From a virus (taxonomy: Duplodnaviria > Heunggongvirae > Uroviricota > Caudoviricetes): a DNA stretch of 64,000 nt. The DNA lies in IMG/VR virus record IMGVR_UViG_3300025697_002467; one strand, 5' to 3'. The notes under the pieces were generated by a model. The model was not told where the DNA came from. It did not search any database and worked only from the letters and a program-made list of their open reading frames with translations. Below, piece by piece: positions 35,741 through 45,027 of the stretch; position 1 is the stretch's first letter, and every line of letters starts with the position of its first letter. The translations under genes and the position numbers were made by a program.

Positions 35741-35991
35741 CCTTCACCTTTACCACTTGTTGACCGTCCAAGCCCCTTGAAGTTGTACCAATAGTCAGCA
35801 GATCCTGAACGATAGGTATTTACTACCTCTTTGTCATTTTCCAACTCCACCATGATAATCCATTGTCCGTCTTCCGAAGGGGTCGGGAGAGGGTCGGTTC
35901 TGTTAATTTTAATCTTCCACATTATTTTTTCCTCTGTTAAATTGTTTTTTTCCAGCACATCGGCAGATTGTCCTTTGATATGTACTTTCAT
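35701..35991 (-). CDS. hypothetical protein
   Basis: ORF of 96 aa overlapping the kinase start by 40 nt. Confidence 0.4.
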   Translation of the reverse strand: MKVHIKGQSADVLEKNNLTEEKIMWKIKINRTDPLPTPSEDGQWIIMVELENDKEVVNTYRSGSADYWYNFKGLGRSTSGKGEGWNPVVGWAWIKK

Positions 35992-36377
35992 TTTATCACC
36001 GATTTGTATTCGTTAAAAAGTTCAAGAAATCGAGTTTTAGCTTTATTTTCTGTTAGTCCATCACCAGGGTCATCAAAAACACCTATGGCAATGTTGGTAC
36101 CATATGTACCAGCTACTATCATTGGCCCATCAAAACACACAACTGCCAGATTATTTTGGTGTTTAGATGCTTGGTGGATAATGCTATGTATTTTTTCCCA
36201 CAAGGCATCTAAAGAATTTCGTTCCAAATACACTCTAGGGAGCAATACCAATTCCTCATCCTTTAATTCATCTTTAATACGACTATCCCCAGCATAGACT
36301 GTAACAGCCTGACCTTTTGCTTTACTAAAAGCAGCTAGTGGAAACACGAGGGCTTGAATGTTATACAGGATGTTCAT
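35988..36377 (-). CDS. hypothetical protein
   Basis: ORF of 129 aa. Confidence 0.5.
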   Translation of the reverse strand: MNILYNIQALVFPLAAFSKAKGQAVTVYAGDSRIKDELKDEELVLLPRVYLERNSLDALWEKIHSIIHQASKHQNNLAVVCFDGPMIVAGTYGTNIAIGVFDDPGDGLTENKAKTRFLELFNEYKSVIK

Positions 36378-36613
36378 TTTGCTTCTTCTTCCAATAATAA
36401 ATCTTCACCAAAGAGCTGGATAAATTCGGATCGGGTCATAGCCCTAAAACCATCCCCATCTTTAATTACTGCTGGGGTTTTCTCATCATCCACTTTGAAG
36501 CCTGCTTCGATGGCATCCTGCCTTGACATAACCACACGAGCTGATGTTAGTGGGTGTTTGTTTAAAAGCTCAAAGGCTTCATCTAAGGTTTTATTGTCGA
36601 GCTTATCCATCAA
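36374..36613 (-). CDS. hypothetical protein
   Basis: ORF of 79 aa. Confidence 0.45.
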   Translation of the reverse strand: MMDKLDNKTLDEAFELLNKHPLTSARVVMSRQDAIEAGFKVDDEKTPAVIKDGDGFRAMTRSEFIQLFGEDLLLEEEAK

Positions 36614-37107
36614 ATGCTTTCATAGAGTTGGAGGTAAAGTTTCACTTCACCTGTAATGCCCAGTTTGGTAGCTTCAGCAGTAATTTCATCAGCATGAGCC
36701 TGAAGTTCTGAGATTGTAAATCCTGTTTCTCCCCCACCACCTTCGGTACTGCTATAACCTAAGAGATGCCCGAACACTAAAGTGTCAGGATCTCCCTCAC
36801 CGATAGTTTTGGGGTCTGCATCATGGACACAGAATCCGTTCATACCTGATTGTTTCAGGTCTTCCCAAAGGCCATCAGAATCTTGAGCATCAAGAGTTTT
36901 CCCAAACCATGTCAATAATTTTGGTGTTGGAATTTCTTCCCATTCTTCCCGTACAGCTTTTCCACAGATAGGACAAAACTTAGGGACGGGAGCCTCATAG
37001 ACATGACCATCCTCACACACGAAACGAGATTCAGTTGAAAATGTGAAAAACTGATCTTGTGTAACCTTGATCCCCATAATATGTCGAGCATATGCATCGT
37101 ATCCCAT
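36610..37107 (-). CDS. hypothetical protein
   Basis: ORF of 165 aa with a CxxC pair. Confidence 0.5.
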   Translation of the reverse strand: MGYDAYARHIMGIKVTQDQFFTFSTESRFVCEDGHVYEAPVPKFCPICGKAVREEWEEIPTPKLLTWFGKTLDAQDSDGLWEDLKQSGMNGFCVHDADPKTIGEGDPDTLVFGHLLGYSSTEGGGGETGFTISELQAHADEITAEATKLGITGEVKLYLQLYESI

Positions 37108-37110
37108 TGT

Positions 37111-37515
37111 TTACCTCATTCCTGAGTTGTCCGGAACCTGATCTCCGTTATTTATTGTTACAGTACGTCTGGAGAACATCCCTTTCAGGGCATCCAATAA
37201 TTTGTTTTTCATATCCTGAGTTCCATACAGATGGATTTCAGCAACCAAACTACCCTGCCGGATTACAGCAACTGTCACTCCATAACCTCCACAGATACCA
37301 CCTCCCTCTGAAGGGACAAAATCGTGGAGTGCTTCATTGTAAGAGAATGAATCAAATACACCTACCAATTCCATAATCCGCATAATTGGAACCCCAACTA
37401 TTAAGTTCCCTACCAGAGTGGGGATTGGAGTTCCTGAGTCTTCGTTTTTCCTGTGTGGTTTGGATGGGAAAGATATTGTGATGTCACTTTTTTCTAAAAG
37501 TCCTTGGTTATCCAT
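37111..37515 (-). CDS. hypothetical protein
   Basis: ORF of 134 aa. Confidence 0.5.
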   Translation of the reverse strand: MDNQGLLEKSDITISFPSKPHRKNEDSGTPIPTLVGNLIVGVPIMRIMELVGVFDSFSYNEALHDFVPSEGGGICGGYGVTVAVIRQGSLVAEIHLYGTQDMKNKLLDALKGMFSRRTVTINNGDQVPDNSGMR

Positions 37516-37852
37516 AAGTTACTTCTCCTTCGTTTTCCCGTTCAAGTTCCAGAGCTGCCTCAGCATCTTTGAATTCTTCCAACATGTCGGCATCCAGGAT
37601 TTCTTTAATAGTTCGTCTCTTGGCATCAGGAAGGAAATCGGCTAGGAATTGTCGGTGGGTGGTCATTGACCCTGCAGAGGCTGTCATCTCCCACCCTGCC
37701 CCAGTTAAAGCCATCAGCTCTATACTTAACTCAGTGCCTTCTATTATAGACATGACTCCTGAGTACACATAAGGGGATTTTTGTCTCCAAATAATCATTT
37801 TGATCCTCCTGAATATCGTTCTGCACCAGTTTCTGAATGCCATTCTGGCCAA
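37508..37852 (-). CDS. hypothetical protein
   Basis: ORF of 114 aa. Confidence 0.5.
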   Translation of the reverse strand: MARMAFRNWCRTIFRRIKMIIWRQKSPYVYSGVMSIIEGTELSIELMALTGAGWEMTASAGSMTTHRQFLADFLPDAKRRTIKEILDADMLEEFKDAEAALELERENEGEVTYG

Positions 37853-38254
37853 CGTCCGTCAGCTAAACTACCACCGATACACCGATACATCGATACCAAC
37901 CGGTATAGTCGTGGCCATCTATTTCATATTCGTATTTACCATCATATGAGTGCCAGTAAGTCATTTGGTTTCCTCTTTGATTTCTCGAATCCATGCCCAT
38001 TGTAGAACGGCACTTGCTTGAGGTCTACTTGCTCCTGATTCTATATCAGTCCAAATTACACCATCATAATCATGGAAAGCTGCTTCAAGGAAACCAATCA
38101 TCCCATTTTTGTTTCTCCACTGGACAATTATAATTGACCCATAGACAGGTTTCTCAGGGAGAGTTTACTCCTTTTTTCCATTTAACTACCCACCCTTCAT
38201 TAAAATGGTGAGCCTTTGGTTTTTCAAATTCTTTAGTCATCGTCTTCCTCCTCC

Positions 38255-39037
38255 TTAAAATAAATTAAGTATATTAATTTCAACTTCTTGTTTGGAGATA
38301 CGTTTTACAGCACCATCAAAGATTTCAGGATCTAATTCAATCCCTATAAAACCTCTGTTCAGTTCTATACAAGCAACCCCTGTTGTTCCTGATCCCATAG
38401 TGAAATCTAATACTAACTCATTTTCATTTGTGTAAGTTTTAACTAAATAAGTCATTAGTGCAACAGGCTTTTGGGTGGGGTGAAGTTTACTACCTTTTGG
38501 GGTGTTTGGAACACTTTTAAATTTTAACACCGTTTTGGGATTTACCTTTGTTTCATTATAAAATTTTGCTTTTTGGTTTCCCATTTTTATGTGATTAGAC
38601 TTGTTACTATTTCCCTGAAGTTTATATTTTGCTCTATCAAGGCTACTACTGTTTCTCTCGGCTAATTGCTTATTAAAAGTTGGCTTTCCTTTGTTTATAA
38701 AAATGCTTATTGTTTCATGATATTTCATAGGCATATATGAACTTTGTGCCATTCCTGTTGGCATTGATTTTTGCCATATCCAATCATATTTATAATTCTT
38801 AATATTGCTCATTCTCAAAGCACTTGAAAATGGTTCACTACCAAATAAAACAATAGCCCCATTTGGTTTTATTAATTTGTTTAACCGTTCCCACAGTTCA
38901 TCAAAAGGGATAATAAAATCCCATTTACATGCCGTGGTACCATAAGGGGGGTCCGTTATGATAGCATCTACTACAACCCCCTTTTTAATTAAAAAGTCCA
39001 TCTCTTTCAGACAATCCCCATTTATAAGATTAATCAT
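38255..39037 (-). CDS. DNA methyltransferase, N6-adenine or N4-cytosine (beta class)
   Basis: ITDPPYG (motif IV) lies N-terminal to FTMGSGTTGVAC (motif I); HPTQKP is also present. Confidence 0.8.
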   Translation of the reverse strand: MINLINGDCLKEMDFLIKKGVVVDAIITDPPYGTTACKWDFIIPFDELWERLNKLIKPNGAIVLFGSEPFSSALRMSNIKNYKYDWIWQKSMPTGMAQSSYMPMKYHETISIFINKGKPTFNKQLAERNSSSLDRAKYKLQGNSNKSNHIKMGNQKAKFYNETKVNPKTVLKFKSVPNTPKGSKLHPTQKPVALMTYLVKTYTNENELVLDFTMGSGTTGVACIELNRGFIGIELDPEIFDGAVKRISKQEVEINILNLF

Positions 39038-39942
39038 TTTCCCTCTTCCTCAATGATCTCCTCAATGTAAATAGCTCCGACCCCCAAATCGTCGTAATGT
39101 TGCCATTGCTTTTTCGGGAGAGTTTTCTTCTCAAAGGCATTAAGCCTACGTTTTACAAAAGAACCCTTCAGGTTCTTAAAACCCACTATATGAGGAAGAA
39201 CTTCAGCCAGAGGAACAGGGACTGGGGAAAGGTCACTGATATCTTGAAAAGATTCAACTCCATCACTCATCAAAACTACCAAATCTGTGTCTCTGGGATC
39301 TACAAGGAACGTGAAGTCTGGAAAACTTTCCAGTTCATCAGGAGTCCATTCCCAGATGGCTTTTTCTTCACCATCCACAATAACAGTTACTTTCCGGCCA
39401 CCGAAACCAGCCTTTTTCAGAGCTTCCATTCGGTCAGGGCTGCTAAAGTACGAAGGATAAGCTGGAGCACCCCCCTGGTCGATAATGTAAGTTTCAAGAG
39501 AACCATTCCGACGCCGGACTGACACCACACCATCTCCAAAGACCTGAACCTTGATGTAACCGGTAGGTGTGGAGTAAGCTGCCATCAATGTGGCATCCAA
39601 ACACCCCTCCGATAATTCTCTCGGATGTTCTGCAAACCACATCAATCTTTGAACATCAATATTTTTGATCGGCCCTCCTTGAATACACCTTTGTGCTGAA
39701 AGAACCAAAGACCGAGACCCAAAATCGGTATCCTTAGAAGAAGAACATCCATCTGATACAAACACAGCTACAGAGGGTGTTATCTCTTTAAAATCAAAAC
39801 ACCTTGAATAATCCTCACAGACGTGGTGGGAGGAACCAATGGTGAAATAATCATCCGTGTGAAAATGGAACTTCCGGCCATCCTCAATAGGTTTGCCCAA
39901 CGGGGGGAAAAACCTCAAATATCGTGAAATGTCAGGCTGCAT
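39034..39942 (-). CDS. PP2C-type Ser/Thr protein phosphatase-like protein
   Basis: FVSDGCSSS and VLMSDGVESF metal-binding Asp motifs in a PPM-like arrangement. Confidence 0.6.
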   Translation of the reverse strand: MQPDISRYLRFFPPLGKPIEDGRKFHFHTDDYFTIGSSHHVCEDYSRCFDFKEITPSVAVFVSDGCSSSKDTDFGSRSLVLSAQRCIQGGPIKNIDVQRLMWFAEHPRELSEGCLDATLMAAYSTPTGYIKVQVFGDGVVSVRRRNGSLETYIIDQGGAPAYPSYFSSPDRMEALKKAGFGGRKVTVIVDGEEKAIWEWTPDELESFPDFTFLVDPRDTDLVVLMSDGVESFQDISDLSPVPVPLAEVLPHIVGFKNLKGSFVKRRLNAFEKKTLPKKQWQHYDDLGVGAIYIEEIIEEEGK

Positions 39943-39959
39943 AGTAAAACTCCTTTGAA

Positions 39960-40703
39960 TCAGAAAGTGATGGACTGTGAAGGACCGCCGGTGCCCAGAG
40001 CTTGGGACTGGCTGGAAATCGACTTCGAGATGAAGTTGGCCAGCTTTGCCAGTTCGTTGGCTGTGGCATTGGCAATGGCCACATACTGCTGGAATCCACC
40101 GTTGTCACGGTAATCTTCCAGGTAGTGATTCAGGCCATTTGCAGCATCGGTGTTGACACCAATAAGAACCGGCATGATGGACTCAACTGCTTCATCGGTC
40201 TTGGCTTCACGGATGGCATCAGCCACCATCTTCATCGAAACACTGGAGCAGTTGTCATCACCATCGGTAATAACGAACACAGCCGAATTGACAGCATAAT
40301 CCTGTTCGGTCAAGTCCCGACCAAAATCGGTCATTGCTTTGACCGCATTGTAAGTGGCATCAAACAGTGAAGTTCCACCACCGGGACGGATAGTGCCGTC
40401 ATACAGGTTGTCATTGCAGTTGGAGAGGAGTTGGAACCCGTGGATTTCATCAACACGAGTGTTGAAATAAACCACACGTAACATCAGGTTATCCACACGT
40501 TTGTCCTTCTGACAGGCACGAGCGACGGTTTTGACAGCTTCTTCGATGTCCTTTCCGAACCCTGTTACGGAACCTGACACATCAACCACGAGGGTGACGA
40601 GGGTGTATTCGGAAGCTCCTGTCAGGGATTCAATCTTCTGGGCAGAAAATCCGTAGTTGGAACCGGCAATGGTTTTCATTTCCATGTCATCAGTAAATTT
40701 CAT
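39960..40703 (-). CDS. von Willebrand factor A (vWA) domain protein
   Basis: MIDAS motif LVVDVSGSV, plus GGTSLFDA and VFVITDGDDN. Confidence 0.8.
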   Translation of the reverse strand: MKFTDDMEMKTIAGSNYGFSAQKIESLTGASEYTLVTLVVDVSGSVTGFGKDIEEAVKTVARACQKDKRVDNLMLRVVYFNTRVDEIHGFQLLSNCNDNLYDGTIRPGGGTSLFDATYNAVKAMTDFGRDLTEQDYAVNSAVFVITDGDDNCSSVSMKMVADAIREAKTDEAVESIMPVLIGVNTDAANGLNHYLEDYRDNGGFQQYVAIANATANELAKLANFISKSISSQSQALGTGGPSQSITF

Positions 40704-40731
40704 AGCACAATATCCTTTCTTTGCTGGCAGT

Positions 40732-41577
40732 TTAGGCCAGGAAGTCCACCGTAGTGGAAAGTTTCATACCTTTAGCAACCATGTCTTTAACGAATGCATC
40801 ACCGAGGAAATCAAAACCAGGCACGTTTGATGAGGCATCTGTCAACAGAGTGATTTTCTGGATGTACTTCGGGTCACTAAAACTGTCAGCAATATCACGT
40901 CCAGAGTTAGCCAAGCAATGGCTGAGGGCTTCACCCGAAAGGGCAATGATGTCAGCTTCTTCCAGAGTCTGGATCAGGCCAGTGTTGATCTGAGTTGTAG
41001 GATCATCAGGATCTGGCACTTGAGCTTTAACAGCACCAAAATGCTCGGTGAAGATGTTGGAACCTTTAGTAACATAGTTAGTTACTGCAATCTGAGCTTC
41101 CCATTCGTGGATAGCATCCAGCAGTTCAGGAACGATACAAGCACCCCAACTACCGATCAAGCAATGAACTGGCCAGATGCAATGTGGGTAACGGCCTGTG
41201 GCATCCAGATCTTCCAAGTATTTAGTAACTTTTGGAAGGAAACTGAACTTGACTGTGGTGTATTCCTCAGTCGTCGGGATTTTTTGACCAGTGGCATCCA
41301 TATCACACTTGACGATTTTACCATTGTCAAGGCCAAGAATAGTGAAGGGGTCAGGAGCAGCACCATCACTGACACGTTTCCACATCGTGGGGTGGCTGAT
41401 GTCCAGATAATGGTGACTATCCAGAGTAACGTGGATATCGTCCAGTTTACCTTTGGTACGTTGAATCATGGTTGCCAGACGTTTCATATCTTCGTCTGCA
41501 CCTGGTACGGCCAAGGTTCCTTTTTTGGGGTGACAGAAATCGTTCTGCGGGTCAATGATAAGCAATTGAATGTTCAT
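40732..41577 (-). CDS. pncA: nicotinamidase/isochorismatase-family hydrolase (PncA-like)
   Basis: LLIIDPQNDFCHPKKGTLAVPGADE matches the PncA start (DxQxDF...GGxLAV); Cys/Lys/Asp triad context. Confidence 0.7.
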   Translation of the reverse strand: MNIQLLIIDPQNDFCHPKKGTLAVPGADEDMKRLATMIQRTKGKLDDIHVTLDSHHYLDISHPTMWKRVSDGAAPDPFTILGLDNGKIVKCDMDATGQKIPTTEEYTTVKFSFLPKVTKYLEDLDATGRYPHCIWPVHCLIGSWGACIVPELLDAIHEWEAQIAVTNYVTKGSNIFTEHFGAVKAQVPDPDDPTTQINTGLIQTLEEADIIALSGEALSHCLANSGRDIADSFSDPKYIQKITLLTDASSNVPGFDFLGDAFVKDMVAKGMKLSTTVDFLA

Positions 41578-41987
41578 GAGTTATCCTTTCGGGATAAAAT
41601 TGAAATTGAAGGATTAAGTTTTCCTTCTAAAATATCGTCAGCTAATGTAGAATTTAGAGATTCATCACGGATTCTTTGTGTACGTGCCTCCCTTTTCTTT
41701 TTTTCTTCCATTTGTTCGGTATAGGTATCATGAAACTGTTTATGATTATCCAGTTTCTCATCGGTTTCGTGAACGAGTGTCAAGAAAACATGATCCCCGT
41801 AATCCTCATTATGGATTTCCAAATCAATATCAACAAGACCCACTGAGGGAAACTTGCTGGGTGCAAAATCATAAATATCCACGATACTATCCACACCTTC
41901 AGGGATTATAACCGTGTATCGGTATTTTTTTGAGTGGCCAACCTGGACTTCCCGTTTGTGATATTCTTCGTTGTAATCACACATCAT
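41574..41987 (-). CDS. hypothetical protein
   Basis: ORF of 137 aa, acidic. Confidence 0.5.
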   Translation of the reverse strand: MMCDYNEEYHKREVQVGHSKKYRYTVIIPEGVDSIVDIYDFAPSKFPSVGLVDIDLEIHNEDYGDHVFLTLVHETDEKLDNHKQFHDTYTEQMEEKKKREARTQRIRDESLNSTLADDILEGKLNPSISILSRKDNS

Positions 41988-42301
41988 TTATTATCTCCTG
42001 TTCGGCGTACCCGTAGCCATATGGCCAACCATTTATGTTTGTAAGAGAAATCATATTGTTTCTTTCGTACATGGGATGAGTAATCAGCAATAAACCCGTC
42101 TTTAAGCAATCGACCAAGAACCATCGATGCAATATTAATACTGATTCTGGCTGCCTTAGCAACTTCACGAGATGTTGCAATCCCGTTGATAGAGGCCAGG
42201 CTAGCCAGAACTTTACGTTTTTGGGGGGGCAACTCATCCATTGTAGCAGTGAATATAGGAGTCATTTCATCAAGAACTATTTTTTGGTTTTCTGTTAACA
42301 T
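41984..42301 (-). CDS. winged-helix DNA-binding protein (MarR/ArsR-like)
   Basis: LASINGIATSREVAKAARISINIASMVLGRLLKDGFI HTH region. Confidence 0.5.
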   Translation of the reverse strand: MLTENQKIVLDEMTPIFTATMDELPPQKRKVLASLASINGIATSREVAKAARISINIASMVLGRLLKDGFIADYSSHVRKKQYDFSYKHKWLAIWLRVRRTGDNK

Positions 42302-43401
42302 TATATCTCCAAACCATTAGACAAAATACCTGCCTTAACCAACTCGGCACGAGTACCGAGACTTGGGATAGCTGGGTTTTCTTTGTGCCGAGTTATCTTC
42401 TCAGCTCTACGAGCAGCCCATAGGTAATCTGCAACTTTGGGTGGTTCCATATCTTTAGGGAAAATACCTTTATCTTTAGAAATCAATATCATATGGTCTA
42501 TTAAACCAGACAGGTTAGGGACATCATCCCGAAACAAAACATCACCTATAGTTAGTTTAGGGAAAGGGGGTTCCATACCTGGAGGGTATAGACCACTTGC
42601 CCAAGCATTAGCATACTTAAATTCCGTATCCAGCAGACGAGACATTCTTTCGATGGTCCCATATTCAATAATCTTGCCTGTTTCAGGATCAACTTTACCA
42701 TAGGTAAAAGATACTCCTGTCCAGCTTTTCAGTTCGTCCTCATCGTTATGGTCATCACCATCACCCCAAAGGTCGGGGGAAGGTTTGACGGAGATCAATT
42801 CTTTGAAACACTCACCAAGAACTGAATCAGGGTGACGTTGTGAAATGCCCCAAGCCATCTGGAATACTTCTGTTTTGGTCAGCATTTCCATAGGGTTAGT
42901 GTCAACTTCTCCATCCCCACCTTTTTGGTAGAAGCGGAGGAATCGGTCTTCACATTCGTTGCCTGTACCATGACGAAGGCCACCACCATTCAGGCGGTTA
43001 AAGAAACGTCCGATAGGTGCTCGAAGTGTAGACTTAAAAGAACCTACGATAGTAGGGTCGAGTGCTATACGTTCATCAGCAGCCTTACCTAATTTCATTT
43101 TCATATCAAAAACCAGATCATTAAACAGTTCGGTTATATCGAAATCCACGAATTGAGCTTCAAGAGCATCCACTGCTAATTTTCTAGCCCGTTCGGTTTG
43201 TTCAGGGTTTGTATTGATTTTGGAATGAACTAATATAACATTTTCCACACCCAGAGCCTCTATCAACAGGTAAGCCATCACAGCGGAGTCGATGCCACCA
43301 GACAAGTCCAGTTCAGCTTTCTTTATACCACATTCTCTATGGTATGCTTGAATAGCAAAGATTCGGTTTTGTATTAAAAGTTCAATATTTGGTACACTCA
43401 T
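42301..43401 (-). CDS. nadE: NAD+ synthetase (NadE family, PP-loop ATP pyrophosphatase)
   Basis: SGGIDSAV PP-loop; GTGNECEDRF...GGDGEVDTNPMEMLTKTEV matches the NadE core. Confidence 0.8.
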   Translation of the reverse strand: MSVPNIELLIQNRIFAIQAYHRECGIKKAELDLSGGIDSAVMAYLLIEALGVENVILVHSKINTNPEQTERARKLAVDALEAQFVDFDITELFNDLVFDMKMKLGKAADERIALDPTIVGSFKSTLRAPIGRFFNRLNGGGLRHGTGNECEDRFLRFYQKGGDGEVDTNPMEMLTKTEVFQMAWGISQRHPDSVLGECFKELISVKPSPDLWGDGDDHNDEDELKSWTGVSFTYGKVDPETGKIIEYGTIERMSRLLDTEFKYANAWASGLYPPGMEPPFPKLTIGDVLFRDDVPNLSGLIDHMILISKDKGIFPKDMEPPKVADYLWAARRAEKITRHKENPAIPSLGTRAELVKAGILSNGLEI

Positions 43402-43416
43402 TTTGGTTCTCCTTCT

Positions 43417-43450
43417 ATATCAACAACCCACAACTTCGGGAAACTAAGCC
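43417..43450 (-). promoter_or_regulatory. conserved promoter-like motif, copy 7
   Basis: Immediately upstream of the nadE RBS: GTGGGTTGTTGATATAGAAGGAGAACCAAAATG on the coding strand. Confidence 0.45.
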
Positions 43451-44946
43451 AGTTTTTCAGACATCTCGTTAATTCTCATCACACACAAGGCTTGGTATGC
43501 TCTTGTAGTGGGGCTGAATGCCACATCTTTGTCCAGAGAAGGTCGATCCATCCCAGCCTCTAACAGACTGAATCCAATAGGAGGTTCTTCTCCTGCTTGG
43601 CCAATAATGCCAGTGATCTCAGTAAACTCTGTAAAGCCAGAGGTATTCTGACGGAAAATAACAGGGACACCTGGAAGTGATGCTTTAGCCGGTGCTGAAT
43701 CACAAGTCTTCATTACAGGAACATTGCTGGTCATGCTGAGTTTATAGACTGCCGAAACTCTATCACGGGTCAGATCGGTGAATTCGGGTTTAACGAAGAA
43801 CCCACCAGCACCATACAAACGGCGTTCTTTGATGATACCAAACTTATTACAGAGAGCCTCAAAGTGCAAAACTTTCTTATCGTTGATACTGTCCTCGAAA
43901 ATGTAATCTCCATTATCCAAGTCTGCCTGTCCCACACACATTGCAAGCTGGACATCCTGATCTCCAGAATCAAACCTGATAAAGAAATCCCTGTTAGGAG
44001 TTTCTCTCATCACTTTGAAAGCAGCGGGGAGACCTAATTCTATAGGGCTAAAAGTATCTGGCAAACAAGAAGGTTTACCTGATCTCATATCTCTCATAGC
44101 ACGACAGGCAGTTAAATCATCTCCCCATCTCAGGATATGTTCATGGCCTGTTGTTCCAACGGCTTTCATACCTAATTTCTCAGCCAGATAAACATTAGAG
44201 GTGCTGTTGATACCGAGATCCTTGAGGACTTGTAGAGCTATCTCGTGCATTTCCATACAGGAGCAAGCTCTCATACCGACTTCAAATAAACGGCTGGGGT
44301 CTTTATCGTCCAGAGCATCAATTAAGGACTGTGCTCTATCTGAAACATCCTGTTCATATCGTTCCTGTTCAACGGTGATGATTCGGGTACTGTCGTCTTT
44401 TCCGATAGCTTTAAGAGTAGCATGGACGATGTTTGCTTCATCCTCACAGGTACACCTGAACTCTTTTTTGTCGTTCAATAAAACTTCCGTAGCTACCTGA
44501 ATGGGGAAATGAAGCATCAAGGCCAAAGGTTCCATAACCGAAACAGGAAACGATGGGCATGTGAGTGCAAAGAAAGGTTCTTTCTCACGGACCCATGAAC
44601 CCTTGGGGGCTGCATTGATAGTGACAGAATCTTTATCTTTCAACATCTCAATAGACTCTACCATTCCAGGTGTCAAACTATAACCCATTGAATCCAAAAA
44701 AGAGGCCTCGTGTTGCCGAGGTTGCCCTGTTGGAAGCAATCCTCTAATGACAGTTTCAACGTCAAACGGGACGTAATACATTCCTTTACGTCTGAATGAC
44801 ATATAGAAGGTCTCCTCCCGCATTGGGAAACCAGCTTGTGCCATTGCAAATTTATACCCATCGGTCTTCAAAACTGAAGGACCAGAATATACATATCCAA
44901 GGATATGTTCAATCAGTTCTTGTTCGTATGTGAGTTCCATTTTCAT
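43444..44946 (-). CDS. nicotinate/nicotinamide phosphoribosyltransferase (NAPRT/NAMPT family)
   Basis: TDGYKF (TDSYK-like), IRFDSGDQD (RPDSG-like) and LYGAGGFF (GSGGG-like) motifs. The 500-aa length is typical of NadV/NAMPT. Confidence 0.8.
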   Translation of the reverse strand: MKMELTYEQELIEHILGYVYSGPSVLKTDGYKFAMAQAGFPMREETFYMSFRRKGMYYVPFDVETVIRGLLPTGQPRQHEASFLDSMGYSLTPGMVESIEMLKDKDSVTINAAPKGSWVREKEPFFALTCPSFPVSVMEPLALMLHFPIQVATEVLLNDKKEFRCTCEDEANIVHATLKAIGKDDSTRIITVEQERYEQDVSDRAQSLIDALDDKDPSRLFEVGMRACSCMEMHEIALQVLKDLGINSTSNVYLAEKLGMKAVGTTGHEHILRWGDDLTACRAMRDMRSGKPSCLPDTFSPIELGLPAAFKVMRETPNRDFFIRFDSGDQDVQLAMCVGQADLDNGDYIFEDSINDKKVLHFEALCNKFGIIKERRLYGAGGFFVKPEFTDLTRDRVSAVYKLSMTSNVPVMKTCDSAPAKASLPGVPVIFRQNTSGFTEFTEITGIIGQAGEEPPIGFSLLEAGMDRPSLDKDVAFSPTTRAYQALCVMRINEMSEKLA

Positions 44947-45027
44947 ATTTTCAAACCTTCCTTACTTTATAAGTTAGTGTGTCTTTCACACTAAGTCAAG
45001 CTGTTTCTCAAAAGAACTTCATATTTC

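Noticed and set aside
43444-44946. Assigning the phosphoribosyltransferase specifically as NadV (nicotinamide) versus PncB (nicotinate) versus a NARP1-type Namat
   Set aside because: The family-level motifs are shared by all three. A nicotinamidase-like enzyme and NadE suggest a nicotinate route, whereas the 500-aa length resembles NadV. Substrate specificity cannot be decided from reading the sequence.
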